A stretch of DNA of 64,000 nt from Haliotis cracherodii (Eukaryota), in NCBI RefSeq assembly GCF_022045235.1, contig NW_027266343.1, forward strand, positions 55,676,001-55,740,000, written 5' to 3'. Position 1 is the first letter of the stretch. Every line of letters begins with the position of its first letter. A program made the position numbers and the translations under genes. The notes beneath the pieces were generated by a model. That model saw only the letters and a list, made by a program, of their open reading frames with translations, had not been told where the DNA came from and made no database searches. Shown here piece by piece: positions 63,393 to 64,000 of the stretch.

Positions 63393-63924
63393 CCTAGATG
63401 CCAATGCTACATGGGAAAACCTCAATGTTGCCCTTTTCAACTTTCAACTCTGCTTTGATAATAATGAAAACACAGAGTTAAGACAAAACATTTTAATTGA
63501 TATCAAAGCAGATTAATAAAAATACTCCAGGGCAGAAATTGAGATTATCAGTTGAGTGATATCCTATTATCTCTGGTTGCTTGTTCGTGATAGTAGTGAA
63601 GAAAGGTGGGGACTTTATCGGTCGGTTTATCTGTTATACTCACACACGTGGGCATTACACGCAGCTGGTCAGGGGCAGGTACGGAGGTGGCGGTAATTCA
63701 CTCACGACCGAGTACCTAGCATCCAGTTTGTGATGGTTTATTTGACTTAAATATAGAAACTCAGAGGGAAGTGAAAAGAAGTGGGATCCTTATCTGCTAA
63801 TACATCTCTCTGCCTCCCAGTGTTGGTACAAGGATCTCCCATGTCCTGTGCTCGGGGATATTGTCTTGTTGATGCCATGCGATATAATCATATATACTCA
63901 ACGATCGTATATCCTTGTTGATGC

Positions 63925-64000
63925 GGGGGCACGGGTTGCCCAGTCGTCTGGGGCCGTGAATCGCTATGCAGAGTTGCATCCCTTTGGCACGCCAGAAACC
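63925..64000 (+). mobile_element. SINE family D head, cut by window end
   Basis: ggggcacgggttgcccag..gcagagttgcatcc. Confidence 0.8.

Overview
Eukaryotic, AT-rich, repeat-dense genomic DNA with two assembly gaps. The SINE repertoire suggests a mollusc, plausibly a gastropod such as abalone (inference only). One protein-coding gene is supported: a + strand FAM53-family gene with three phase-compatible coding exons (37812-37919, 47963-48023, 49197-49987). Its 3' end was not found in the window. The rest is intron/intergenic DNA holding about 45 copies of four SINE-like retroposon families, several non-autonomous DNA transposons, an L1/Tx1-type ORF2 relic and more than 15 tandem arrays. The four families are A (tRNA-Asp-like head), B (no tRNA head, structured 5' end), C (V-SINE) and D (tRNA-Leu-like head). 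All long ORFs other than FAM53 are tandem-repeat or gap artefacts. Most interesting: a minimal hammerhead-ribozyme-like motif in a Penelope-type tandem repeat, the covarying 5' RNA structure of family B, an extreme sense-strand bias of the SINEs, a uORF-laden alternative acceptor in front of the FAM53 start, complementary G-rich/C-rich tracts flanking the large exon, and a satellite born at a SINE junction. Repeat boundaries were read by eye and may be off by a few bases.
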